A stretch of DNA of 64,000 nt from Minisyncoccia bacterium (GCA_041738755.1 JBGSPE010000005.1:207872-271871); one strand, 5' to 3'; positions 36,209 through 46,124 are shown, numbered from the stretch's first letter. Translations and numbers: made by a program. The notes: a model not told the origin generated them from the sequence alone.

Positions 36209-37327
36209 ATGAAAATTGTACTAGTTGGCGGCGGCACAGGGGGGCACTTCTATCCATTAATGGCAGTGGCTGAAGTAATGCGTACCCAGCCAAACCCTCC
36301 AGAACTCTACTATCTTGGTCCTTCGCCATATGACAAAGCTGCACTTGCAACCCATGGCATTACGTATCTGTATTGTCCGGCCGGAAAAATCCGCGTCTAC
36401 TTCTCATTGCAAAACTTTCTCGACCAATTTAGAAATTTCTTTGGTTTTTTTGTTGCTGTCTATCGACTATTTATCATCTACCCAGACGTTGTCTTCAGCA
36501 AGGGCGGGTACACCAGTGTACCGGTGGTTTTTGCGGCCGCTTTCTTGCGCATTCCGATTGTTATTCATGAATCAGATGCTGTACCGGGCCGGGCAAACAA
36601 ATTAGCAAAATCTTTAGCTACCTACATCGCAATCTCATATGACGATGTTGCACCGTTTTTTAAGGCTGAGAAAACAGCCTTAACCGGAATCCCGTTGCGT
36701 CAAGAGATCATCACCATCAATCAAAATCCTAACGAGACGCTTGGCATTCCAACCGACAAACCACTCCTGTTTGTGACTGGCGGTTCATCAGGAGCGGAGC
36801 GACTCAATAATATAATTCTTCGTTCACTCGTTGAACTATTGCCTTACTACCGAGTTTTCCACCAAGCTGGTAGTAACAACGTCAATGAACTCCGACTCTC
36901 AGCCCAAACCCTCCTAGCTGAACATCCCGAGCTCGCCGTTGACTACTATCTTGAGGGGAGTGTGTCAGGACAGATGATTGGTCTCTTGCTTGACGCTGCG
37001 GCGGTAGTCATCACGAGAGCAGGGAGCACAACCCTCTTTGAGATTGCTGCGCACGGCAAACCAACCATCATCATCCCTATCCCGGAAGATATTAGTCGTG
37101 ACCAACGGAAGAATGCGTACGCCTTTGCCGAGAATGGTGCGGCCAGTGTAATCGAAGAAAAGAATCTCACTCCACACTTGCTGATTCAAGAAATCCACTC
37201 TATTATGAACGACCCTGGACGCTACGAAGGAATGTCAGCCGCTTCTAAAGCCCGAGCCCTTCCCGGAGCAGCCGAAAAAATCGCTACCTTACTACTCCAA
37301 ATTGGCCATGAACATGAATCAAGATAA
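36209..37327 (+). CDS. murG: Lipid II GlcNAc transferase
   Basis: GGGTGGH, KGGYTSVP, GGSSGA, RAGSTT. Confidence 0.95.
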   Translation: MKIVLVGGGTGGHFYPLMAVAEVMRTQPNPPELYYLGPSPYDKAALATHGITYLYCPAGKIRVYFSLQNFLDQFRNFFGFFVAVYRLFIIYPDVVFSKGGYTSVPVVFAAAFLRIPIVIHESDAVPGRANKLAKSLATYIAISYDDVAPFFKAEKTALTGIPLRQEIITINQNPNETLGIPTDKPLLFVTGGSSGAERLNNIILRSLVELLPYYRVFHQAGSNNVNELRLSAQTLLAEHPELAVDYYLEGSVSGQMIGLLLDAAAVVITRAGSTTLFEIAAHGKPTIIIPIPEDISRDQRKNAYAFAENGAASVIEEKNLTPHLLIQEIHSIMNDPGRYEGMSAASKARALPGAAEKIATLLLQIGHEHESR

Positions 37328-38669
37328 ATCCGTCATCACGAGAATCCCACCGAGCCCAACCGGTCATCTTCACATCGGTACCGCGAGAACGGCGCTTTTT
37401 AATTACCTGTACGCCAAAAAATATGGTGGTACGATGATTTTTCGAAGTGAAGATACTGACCTAGAACGCAGTAAACCTGAATTTGAAAAAGAAATTCTTG
37501 AAGGGCTAGCGTGGCTTGGACTCACCTGGAGTAATGAGACTATCTATCGTCAATCAGAACGAACGGCCATCTATCAATCATATCTACAAAAAATGATTGC
37601 AGCCGGAACAGCCTACCTCTCACCGGAGGAGAGTAAGCGAAACCCTGGTGAAATGGTAGAGGTAGTTCGCCTCAAGAATCCCAACAAGACCATCACCTTT
37701 ACCGACGAGATTCGGGGAGAAATTACCTTTGATACCACCGAACTTGGAGACATTGTTATCGCACGCACGATTGACGAACCTCTCTACCACCTCACCGTCG
37801 TCGTTGATGACCATGAAATGGGAGTGACGCACGTCTTACGGGGCGAAGACCATATCCCAAATACACCACGCCAAATCCTTATTCAAGAAGCTATCGGAGC
37901 AGAGAGGCCAGTCTATGCTCATCTTCCACTCATATTAGCAACTGACCGTTCTAAGATGTCTAAGCGACACGGTGCTGTCTCACTTCACGAATACCAAAAG
38001 GCTGGTTTCCAAAAAGAAGCAATTATTAACTATCTTGCGTTGCTAGGCTGGAACCCTGGAACCGACCAAGAACTCTTCACACTAGATGAATTAATCAACG
38101 CGTTTGACCTATTTGGAGTACAAAAGGGTGGGGCAGTGTTCGATATCAAAAAATTCTCGTGGTTTAACGCCCAGTACTTGCAAAAATTATCCTTGGAGGA
38201 ATTTTCAACCTACCTACAAGACACTATTCCACAGACGCTCACTACTCTGCCACAATATTCAGAAGAACGGTTCAAAAAATTACTCCCACAAATAAAAGAA
38301 CGAATCTCAACCAAATACGACTTTACCGAGCTTGTCGAAGCAGGGGAGTACAATTGGGCTTTTGCTACACCCGAATTTGAAACATCACTCTTACAATGGA
38401 AAAATGATGCTGACGTATCGGTCGCACTGCCACGATTGCAAAACGTATTAGAACTCCTTAAAACAGCAGATTTCTTTAGTCCAGATACAATCAAAGCGGC
38501 TATCTGGTCGTACGCTGAAGAAGTAGGGAAGGGCGAGGTTCTGTGGCCACTCCGAACAGCCATATCAGGAAAAAAACAATCCCCAGACCCTTTTACCATC
38601 GCTTTTATACTCGGAAAAGAGGAAACGTACCTGCGGATTCAAACTGCTTGTGGTAAAATAATAGGGTAA
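37314..38669 (+). CDS. gltX: Glutamate--tRNA ligase (short form)
   Basis: PSPTGHLHIG, RGEDH, KMSKR. Confidence 0.95.
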   Translation: MNQDKSVITRIPPSPTGHLHIGTARTALFNYLYAKKYGGTMIFRSEDTDLERSKPEFEKEILEGLAWLGLTWSNETIYRQSERTAIYQSYLQKMIAAGTAYLSPEESKRNPGEMVEVVRLKNPNKTITFTDEIRGEITFDTTELGDIVIARTIDEPLYHLTVVVDDHEMGVTHVLRGEDHIPNTPRQILIQEAIGAERPVYAHLPLILATDRSKMSKRHGAVSLHEYQKAGFQKEAIINYLALLGWNPGTDQELFTLDELINAFDLFGVQKGGAVFDIKKFSWFNAQYLQKLSLEEFSTYLQDTIPQTLTTLPQYSEERFKKLLPQIKERISTKYDFTELVEAGEYNWAFATPEFETSLLQWKNDADVSVALPRLQNVLELLKTADFFSPDTIKAAIWSYAEEVGKGEVLWPLRTAISGKKQSPDPFTIAFILGKEETYLRIQTACGKIIG

Positions 38670-39973
38670 TGTATGTACGTTTGTTCGTAGCCTTTATATT
38701 GGGAATTTCTTTGCCACTGCTTTTACTTGTGGCTGAACCAGTACTCGCACAATCTGAAATCGAAAAACTACAATCAGAAATTCAAGCTAGAAATGCCCGG
38801 CTTGGTGCAATTGAAGCTGAAATTGCCAAGTTCGAAGCTGAACTACAGGTAGTTGGTTCTGAGAAAAAAACTCTTCAGTCAGCTATCAACCAGCTTGATC
38901 TTGAGCGGCGCAAAGTCACCGCTGAAATATCACGAACTGAAACCCTTATTTCATCAACTGACCTTGAGATAAACAAGATTATTTTAGAAATCGCTCGAGC
39001 GGAGCGCGATATTAATACCACAGAAGAAGCAGTCGCAGCAGTTATTCGAGCGCAGTACAAAGCCAACGACGCTACCTTGATTGAACTCATGCTCCGTAAT
39101 GAGCGGTTATCAGAATTTTGGGGAGCGTTTGAAGCCCACGAGAGTGTTCGTAACACCATGTCAGCCAAAGTCGCAGAACTAAGCTCGTACCAATCTATTC
39201 TTACCGAGAAGCGGGACATGAGTGAAGAGAAGCGTAATGAACTCTCTTCACTAAAGAGCCAGTATTCATCACAAAATGAAGTACTTGAAACTAACAAAGC
39301 CGAACAAGCTGAATTACTAGAGGTTACCAAGAATGAAGAACAAAGTTACCAACAACTACTCTCATCACAAAAAGAAGCTCGTGATCAACTTCTCCGTGAA
39401 CTCCGTGACTTTGAATCAAAACTTCAATTTATTTTAGACCCCAATACTGTTCCAATTCCTGGTACCGCTGTCTTTAATTGGCCATTACAAAATATTATCG
39501 TAACGCAATACTTTGGCGGTACCGAGTTTGCAGCTAGAAACGCAGCGGTCTACGGTGGACGAGCGTATCACCCTGGTGTCGACTTTGGCGCTCCACGCGG
39601 AACCGCTATCTATGCACCACTGTCAGGCACAGTTCGGGCGACCGCAAACACGGACCTTGTTCCTGGTTGTCTCTCATGGGGTAAATGGACATTGATTGAC
39701 CACGCCAACGGCTTGTCTACACTCTACGCGCACCAAGACGCTATAAACGTCGTACCTGGCCAACGAGTAAACACTGGTGATGTGATTGGTTATGTTGGAA
39801 ACACTGGCTTTTCAACCGGACCACACCTTCACTTCACCGTGTACGCCAAAGACGGTGTGACTGTCCGTAAGTTCAATGAAATTAAGACTTCGACGAGCTG
39901 TGGACCAGCATCTACTCCAGTAGCAGCGGTTGATGCATACGTCGACCCAATGCTCTATTTACCAGCTTACTAG
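38669..39973 (+). CDS. Secreted coiled-coil plus M23 peptidase
   Basis: Signal peptide, long coiled coil, HPGVD, STGPHLHF. Confidence 0.9.
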   Translation: MYVRLFVAFILGISLPLLLLVAEPVLAQSEIEKLQSEIQARNARLGAIEAEIAKFEAELQVVGSEKKTLQSAINQLDLERRKVTAEISRTETLISSTDLEINKIILEIARAERDINTTEEAVAAVIRAQYKANDATLIELMLRNERLSEFWGAFEAHESVRNTMSAKVAELSSYQSILTEKRDMSEEKRNELSSLKSQYSSQNEVLETNKAEQAELLEVTKNEEQSYQQLLSSQKEARDQLLRELRDFESKLQFILDPNTVPIPGTAVFNWPLQNIIVTQYFGGTEFAARNAAVYGGRAYHPGVDFGAPRGTAIYAPLSGTVRATANTDLVPGCLSWGKWTLIDHANGLSTLYAHQDAINVVPGQRVNTGDVIGYVGNTGFSTGPHLHFTVYAKDGVTVRKFNEIKTSTSCGPASTPVAAVDAYVDPMLYLPAY

Positions 39974-40060
39974 ACTAGGGGATTACCCTGTGGAAAAGTA
40001 CTAATTTTGTGGTGGATAAAACTGTGGAGAAGGTGCTATGCTTAGGGAGCGATAGAGATA

Positions 40061-40116
40061 TCGTAGGAACTTACCCTCACGGAAACCCGCGCAAGCGGGT
40101 TTCTAGGGCCCTACGA
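40061..40116 (+). ncRNA. Candidate structured RNA
   Basis: Nested stems TCGTAGG/CCTACGA, CCCT/AGGG and GAAACCCGC-GCAA-GCGGGTTTC; TGCTATGCT extended -10 upstream. Confidence 0.45.
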
Positions 40117-40193
40117 CTACACTTGTGATTTGGCACAAAAAATATATAGTACCAAAAGACACGATCTTGTGTCTCAACCGAAAGGACTGTCAT

Positions 40194-40754
40194 ATGACGA
40201 CGGCACTTACAGCTGTCTTAGACGGTAAAATGAATGATGACCAACTCGGCATGCTCCACAGACGAGTGGATGAAATAAAGCGCCGGATAAACGAAGACAC
40301 TATTTCTTACTACGAGACTGTTGCGGTACTTCAGATTATCATTGAAGGTAAGACCGAACGTCTTAAGCCCTGCGCAAGACGACACCGGTCAGAACCACTA
40401 CCATTTGTCCGCCCTCCGATAGGGAAGCGTAAAAAGTCGAAAGCTCCGATGCGATTGCGTCTACCAGAATTCCTCCAGCGTTTGTACTTTAATTATCGAA
40501 CGAAAATCTTTGCTTACGAACGATGGAATAAGATGCTGACACCAGAAGATATTATGGCCCAAATGTGGGAAGCAGAAAACATTCCAGAGCCATGGCATAA
40601 CCAAGGAAGAGTTCCAGTCCAAACCATCCTTGGCAATGACACGCCGCCAGACAGGGAAGTGATGATCTTGTCTTCGACGTTACAGTGGCTTGGCACCAAC
40701 CAAGGAAGAGACTTCCTTGTTCGATTCATCAGAGCGGCAGACATAACAATCTAG
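40194..40754 (+). CDS. Orphan hypothetical protein, SD-led
   Basis: AAAGGA SD before ATG 40194; terminator 40776-40809. Confidence 0.65.
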   Translation: MTTALTAVLDGKMNDDQLGMLHRRVDEIKRRINEDTISYYETVAVLQIIIEGKTERLKPCARRHRSEPLPFVRPPIGKRKKSKAPMRLRLPEFLQRLYFNYRTKIFAYERWNKMLTPEDIMAQMWEAENIPEPWHNQGRVPVQTILGNDTPPDREVMILSSTLQWLGTNQGRDFLVRFIRAADITI

Positions 40755-40775
40755 TACGTGATGGAAAGAAATAAT

Positions 40776-40809
40776 AAATCGCTCGCACCAATCAGGTGCG
40801 AGCGATTTT
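40776..40809 (+). terminator. Intrinsic terminator
   Basis: AAATCGCTCGCACC/GGTGCGAGCGATTTT. Confidence 0.75.
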
Positions 40810-41432
40810 CTAAAGACAATTATGAATGTCGCACAATATTTTAATATCGAGAGAAGCAGGGGAGAGGCGAGGGCAATTTTTGGATTATCGACACATTACT
40901 GGCCTTTGAACCGACTGAAATCGTGGCTGCAAGACTAGGAAAATTTTACAGGTGCAAGCAACGAAATTTGCATTCAAATATAAATTTTATTATATGAATT
41001 ATTTTGAAATTTATTTTAAATAAAATTAAGATTATTTACATTATTTTTAAATCATCCTAGAGATGACTCAAATCATGACTGAATCTACCGAGGTAAAAAT
41101 TCACTGAACTCACGACCTATTTTGAGACGACCTTACCTACGTCTCAAAATACTTCACAAGCCTTAGAATCGATTCTAGAGGCTCATATAGAAGCCTCACA
41201 AGAGCCAGCGGAAGCTGCATACGTAGGCATAGATGTAATATGAGCCTAGAGCTGAACGATTATGTAAATCAAAGCAAAATGTAAAATCTGACAAAATGTA
41301 AATACCGAAAGCCCAAGCGATGAAATAAACGGTACAATGTACCTAAACAACAAATCAGCAGATCCTACAACGCCTTATACAGCCTCAGAACAGCAGTATA
41401 GTAAGGCTTATATATACAACAGTATACTAAAC

Positions 41433-41466
41433 TGTATGTCGCAAAAGATATATTGTGCGACATACA
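41433..41466. other. Candidate dif (Xer recombination) site at the gene-strand switch
   Basis: ATGTCGCAAAA-GATATA-TTGTGCGACAT (11-6-11, arms 10/11 symmetric, extendable by 3 bp). Confidence 0.7.
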
Positions 41467-41488
41467 TGAATACTATGTATATAAAGGC

Positions 41489-42277
41489 TTACTCCTCAGC
41501 AATATATGCCCCACCAAGGAACTGGGCGGCTAGCGCATCATTGTGAGCATCAAGTTTTGTTAAATGAATTTGCCGCTTCCCTGTATCAGCTATGAGAGAA
41601 GCTATTTCAAGATGCCTATCTAAATATTCACCAAGTTTCTGGGGGATGATTTCATCTTGAGAGAAAATGTGTACCAAATCGCCATATCGTTCACGCAATC
41701 GATCTTTCAGAATTGCATAGTGCGTACAGCCTAAAACCACCACCTCCCCTTCCCTTCGATTTGTATCAATGTATTGCGCGGCGACTTCAACAGCCTCATC
41801 AAGCTGTCCGTCTTCTATTAATGGTACCAGTGCTGGCGTTGCCAATCCTCGTAAGGTGACGGTACCATTTGAACGGTGCTCTAATTCAATCTGATACTTA
41901 CCCGACTCAACCGTACGCTTCGTGCCAATCAATAACCCTGAAGTATGACCCTCTGTCAGGATTGTTTCGATGGTTGGGATAATCACTCCCAAAATTTTTC
42001 TATCTGGAAATTCGTTTGGTAGGAAGGTATTTTGAAGTTTTCGTAACGTTTCAGCCGAAGCGGTATTACACGCTACGACAACTAATGCGCAGTCATGTAG
42101 GAACAAGTGTCGCATAGCGGCTACCGAATACTCATAGATTAACTCTTCTGGTTTATCACCATACGGAACATGAGCGGTATCGCCGTAATAGTAATAGTCA
42201 TACTGTGGTAACTGTTTTGCTACTGCCTTGAGTATGGTGAGTCCACCTAATCCTGAATCAAAAAAGCCGATGTTCAT
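41489..42277 (-). CDS. murI: Glutamate racemase
   Basis: FDSGLGG, ACNTAS, LGCTHY. Confidence 0.96.
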   Translation of the reverse strand: MNIGFFDSGLGGLTILKAVAKQLPQYDYYYYGDTAHVPYGDKPEELIYEYSVAAMRHLFLHDCALVVVACNTASAETLRKLQNTFLPNEFPDRKILGVIIPTIETILTEGHTSGLLIGTKRTVESGKYQIELEHRSNGTVTLRGLATPALVPLIEDGQLDEAVEVAAQYIDTNRREGEVVVLGCTHYAILKDRLRERYGDLVHIFSQDEIIPQKLGEYLDRHLEIASLIADTGKRQIHLTKLDAHNDALAAQFLGGAYIAEE

Positions 42278-42735
42278 ATTCTTCCTCGTTTACACAATAG
42301 GTCAAAATCTTTTTTTAGTAGTGGCATGATGGATAGTCGACTACCTTTTTGCACGAGTGGTAGATGACCAAACACGGTATCTGCTTTAATTTCTGATAAG
42401 GTGACCACTCGGGAGAATTTTTCCTTAAACATTACCTGGCGAGTAACCCACGTCGGATTATCTTTTTTAGACTTTGGGTCATAATACTCACTTGCAGCAT
42501 CAAACTGAAGCCCGTCGACGACCAACTCCCCCACCACCTCCATAATCCCGACGGCTCCAGTCTCTTTTCCTGCGTTTGAGTGGTAAAACAGTGCTTTGTC
42601 GCCAGGAGAAAAATCATCCCGCAGCATATTGCGTACCTGGTAGTTACGGACGCCATCCCAGGTGGTTGTACCGTCTTTCTGGAGCTGGTCGATAGAATAT
42701 GCCTCTGGCTCACTTTTCATCAACCAATACTTCAT
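42274..42735 (-). CDS. EVE domain protein
   Basis: YWLMKSEP, WDGVRNYQ, FYHS, RLSIMP. Confidence 0.93.
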   Translation of the reverse strand: MKYWLMKSEPEAYSIDQLQKDGTTTWDGVRNYQVRNMLRDDFSPGDKALFYHSNAGKETGAVGIMEVVGELVVDGLQFDAASEYYDPKSKKDNPTWVTRQVMFKEKFSRVVTLSEIKADTVFGHLPLVQKGSRLSIMPLLKKDFDLLCKRGRI

Positions 42736-42804
42736 AATCTAGCTATTATACCCTACTGGCTGATATAATTAAGGGTGAATTATCAATTCAATCAATCATA
42801 ATAT

Positions 42805-43197
42805 ATGTTATCTGAATCTAATGTGAGCATTACTCGAGATCGATTATCAGTTCTTGGACGAGTACTCATGGGACTCCTTTTCTTTGCTTCTGGTCTTTCG
42901 ATGTTGTTAGTTCAAACACCTGCTGGAGTTGGGCAGTACTTTGCCTCTCTCGGACTCCCGTTTGCTGCCTTACTCGCCTATCCCGTAATTGCCTTCAAAA
43001 TTGTAGCTGGTGGAGCGGTCATGCTAGGCAAACGAGTGACACTTGCTGCTTCAGGACTTATTATCTTCACCCTGCTTACAACCGTAATTGCTCACCGTGA
43101 CTTCACCGATCCAGGACTATTGAAAAACCTTGCTATCGTTGGGGGACTTATCTACCTTCTTTCGTTTGGACCAGGAGGGATGAATATCAAGAAGTAA
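42805..43197 (+). CDS. DoxX family membrane protein
   Basis: LGRVLMGLLF, KNLAIVGGL. Confidence 0.85.
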   Translation: MLSESNVSITRDRLSVLGRVLMGLLFFASGLSMLLVQTPAGVGQYFASLGLPFAALLAYPVIAFKIVAGGAVMLGKRVTLAASGLIIFTLLTTVIAHRDFTDPGLLKNLAIVGGLIYLLSFGPGGMNIKK

Positions 43198-43212
43198 TCT
43201 TCGAAAAATAAT

Positions 43213-43248
43213 ACAAAAGGCCGGCCCCGTAGGGGCCGGCCTTTTGTA
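43213..43248. terminator. Bidirectional terminator
   Basis: ACAAAAGGCCGGCCCC/GGGGCCGGCCTTTTGT between convergent genes. Confidence 0.8.
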
Positions 43249-43249
43249 T

Positions 43250-43750
43250 TTAGAAGTTTGCAGCTAGATTTCTATTCCAACAATTCGCTGATGCGTTCCA
43301 TGGTTGTGTACCTTGCGTCTCATAGAGATGTCGGGCATAGGCCATGTTGTGGTAGATATCCTCTAGGTTCAAATCCATTGCGGCGGCAGCCGCCTGGTGG
43401 TAACGCTTGTTGATTTGCATCACACCAGTATCTGCCTGATCAACTTTGCCCCGGAGGACAGAGCCGTCTTGTAGAGTATGACGGAAGGTAGATTCACAAC
43501 GAGCGATTTCAATCAATACCGGGGTATCCTTGAAGTAGTTTCGCACAATTGCTTCGGTAGTAGGTGAGGCTTGCACCTCTTCTACCATCGCTACCTGCTC
43601 CGTCATCGCAATGTGTCCATAGGCTGTTTCTGGTACAGAGACCGCCGAGGCGGTCGCTCCAGCAAACAGTGCTAGAATCACAGTCGATAAAATAAGCAAG
43701 GGTCTTAACGGACAAACATCGGAGTGGAGTTCCGATGACCGCGAAATCAT
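43250..43750 (-). CDS. Secreted lytic-transglycosylase-like protein
   Basis: IARCES, GVMQIN, GTQPW. Confidence 0.75.
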   Translation of the reverse strand: MISRSSELHSDVCPLRPLLILSTVILALFAGATASAVSVPETAYGHIAMTEQVAMVEEVQASPTTEAIVRNYFKDTPVLIEIARCESTFRHTLQDGSVLRGKVDQADTGVMQINKRYHQAAAAAMDLNLEDIYHNMAYARHLYETQGTQPWNASANCWNRNLAANF

Positions 43751-43982
43751 AGCACAGATTGCGGGTTTTTCTTACTATACAATATTTTTGACTTACTGTC
43801 AATATTTTACCTCAGTTTTGGCTTAAAATATGCATTTTTTAGCATTTTAAAGATCTCTACTAAGAAAAACCCCACTTACCACTTCTTTTGTTTAAGCGCA
43901 TGAGCAGCGGTTCAGTATAAACATTTATACCGCAAAAGATAGCTTACGGTTGATACCTGTACCACCCGAACTCTAGTACCAA

Positions 43983-44819
43983 CTACGCTCGTCGCGCAAG
44001 AATCGCCAAACCACCAAACAACCCGGCCTCATCCCCCAGTTTGGCAGTCGTAATAAGTGGACTAGGTTCAAAACCACCAATAGCTTCCACTGTATACTTC
44101 CGAATAGCATCAATCGGTATCCGAGGGTCACCAATAATCATTGAGCCACCAAGTACAATAGCATCCGGTGACCAATATAGAATAGTATTTAAAAGACCTT
44201 GAGCCAAATATTCAGCCAATTCATCCCACACTACGTCACTTTGAGGAATCTCATACGCCTTCACACCAAACCGTTGCTCCAGTGCGGTACCAGAGACTAG
44301 ATTTTCCAGTGTTGGGCTAATGTCATCTCCGAGGATTGTGCGATCGATATCAAGTACTTGGTGACCAGGTTCAAACCCAAAGTGAGCACTATCTATCTCA
44401 CCATTTTCAATTTTTACTCCGCCAACACCAGTACTGACCGTATGATAGGCAATAATCTCTAGTCCCTTCCCTGCTCCAAAAACAGCTTCTCCGACACCAG
44501 CAATTGCGGCATCGTTCTCTAGATACACAGGCACGTTGAAGTGCTTTTGCAGTTCAGCTACAACGGACTTCCCTGCCCATTTACTCAAGGTTGCGTCATT
44601 CACAATGCCCGTTTTATCTTCATTGAGAATACCCCGGATTCCACCGGCAATAGCTAGCGGTTTTTTGTCAGTGAGCTTTTGAATCTCTTGCGCTATCTTT
44701 TTAATCCCTTCAGCAAAACTACTTGGAGTATTAAACTTGACTGACTTTTCAATCACTACTAAGTCAGAGCTTATAGCAACTCTCGTCTTCGTACCGCCGA
44801 TATCAAACACTACATACAT
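43983..44819 (-). CDS. ROK family sugar kinase
   Basis: DIGGTK, ENDA, STGVGG, EPGH. Confidence 0.9.
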   Translation of the reverse strand: MYVVFDIGGTKTRVAISSDLVVIEKSVKFNTPSSFAEGIKKIAQEIQKLTDKKPLAIAGGIRGILNEDKTGIVNDATLSKWAGKSVVAELQKHFNVPVYLENDAAIAGVGEAVFGAGKGLEIIAYHTVSTGVGGVKIENGEIDSAHFGFEPGHQVLDIDRTILGDDISPTLENLVSGTALEQRFGVKAYEIPQSDVVWDELAEYLAQGLLNTILYWSPDAIVLGGSMIIGDPRIPIDAIRKYTVEAIGGFEPSPLITTAKLGDEAGLFGGLAILARRA

Positions 44820-44869
44820 ACGTACAGTCTAGCATTATTACGACAGTTCATTTTGAACATATTCAACAA

Positions 44870-46123
44870 CTAGACCAATCCAAGAATTGCCTTGGTTTTT
44901 TGTTTATAGAGCTCTACGTTTGGTTGATCAAACGCATTCACTTCCATGAGGGCCGCAACATACATCACCTCACGCATCCGCATAGCCATAAAGAGTCCGA
45001 GAGAATAGGCCATTTCTTCAGTGAATATGGTTGTTCGATACGGTAAATTTTGATCTTGGTAGGCACCCATCACTCCGCCGTAGATGGCAGTCGCTACTTC
45101 AAGAGCAGTAAAGCGTGCAAAGTCCTTGCTGAGTCCTGACTTTGGAATCGGCATGTCACTCTCGTCATCATCAAACGTCACAAAGTCGGTGTAGACACCT
45201 TTAGAACCGCTCAGGTACAATTGTCCAATGGAATGAAGCTCAACGGCTGTACTAATAGTCGGAAGCATGCCTTTGGTCACTGGCTGCTTTTTTATATCAG
45301 TACGCTTTCCTAAGCTTTCTGCAAACAATTGTCGGTACCAGCCACCGAGGGTGGCGAGGCGAGTTTCAAAGGCAAAGAAATTATAATGCACATAGCCTTT
45401 TGCAATGTACTGATATAGTCGAGCGGCGTTGGCAGCGGTGATATCTTCAAGATCCGTTTCATTTGCATCTAAGAGACCACTCATAAAACTGTCTACGTCG
45501 TGTCCAAGGAGAGCTAAGGGCACAAGCGAAGCTTCAGTACCAATGGAGTATCGCCCACCGACAATCACTGGCATCGGTACAAACAAAGCCTTCCATCGCT
45601 TTGCAGTAGTCTGCAGAATAGTTTTTGGATTACCAATCAGGATTGTTTGCTGGTAAACAGCTTCCCCGTACTGTTTCGTAAGTTCTTGCATCAACATACC
45701 AGCATTTACGAGCACCTCACCTGTTCCACCAGACTTACTAACAATACACACAGCGATATCTTTGACTGATTTGACTGATTTCAAGGTAGAGAGCAGCTTC
45801 TTTAATTGATGCGGCGAGATAGTATCAACCACAGTCAGGGTTTTGGTGCTTGGAAGCACTGCATGAACTGCCTCAACCCCCAAGCTTGATCCGCCAATGC
45901 CAACCAGAATCACGTGTTTTACTTTTGCATATTGTTTTTGCAAATCACCCAACAACGCTTGTAGTTCGGGGTCTTTAGCGTGCACCAAAGAATATTCTGG
46001 TCGCTTCGTATTACCCGTCTCAACCACCTTCGTAACTTCACTTCGATACGTCGCAAGTGTTTTAACGTGCTTTTTAAGAGCGGTTTCGGTAATGATGTCA
46101 GTGTCTGAGTATGAAAATTGCAT
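44870..46123 (-). CDS. pgi: Glucose-6-phosphate isomerase
   Basis: GIGGSSLG, SKSG, GGRYS, ESLGK, FDQPNVE.YK. Confidence 0.92.
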   Translation of the reverse strand: MQFSYSDTDIITETALKKHVKTLATYRSEVTKVVETGNTKRPEYSLVHAKDPELQALLGDLQKQYAKVKHVILVGIGGSSLGVEAVHAVLPSTKTLTVVDTISPHQLKKLLSTLKSVKSVKDIAVCIVSKSGGTGEVLVNAGMLMQELTKQYGEAVYQQTILIGNPKTILQTTAKRWKALFVPMPVIVGGRYSIGTEASLVPLALLGHDVDSFMSGLLDANETDLEDITAANAARLYQYIAKGYVHYNFFAFETRLATLGGWYRQLFAESLGKRTDIKKQPVTKGMLPTISTAVELHSIGQLYLSGSKGVYTDFVTFDDDESDMPIPKSGLSKDFARFTALEVATAIYGGVMGAYQDQNLPYRTTIFTEEMAYSLGLFMAMRMREVMYVAALMEVNAFDQPNVELYKQKTKAILGLV

Positions 46124-46124
46124 A

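Noticed and set aside
39989-41050. Replication origin (DnaA-like boxes plus AT-rich tract)
   Set aside because: Genes converge rather than diverge here, dnaA/dnaN are absent, and a dif-like site is adjacent
41243-41270. Second dif-like site ending TTATGTAAATC
   Set aside because: Resembles a XerD arm but has no matching left arm
41337-41546. 69-aa ORF spanning the dif-like site
   Set aside because: Low-complexity Tyr-rich translation that overlaps the murI end; probably non-coding
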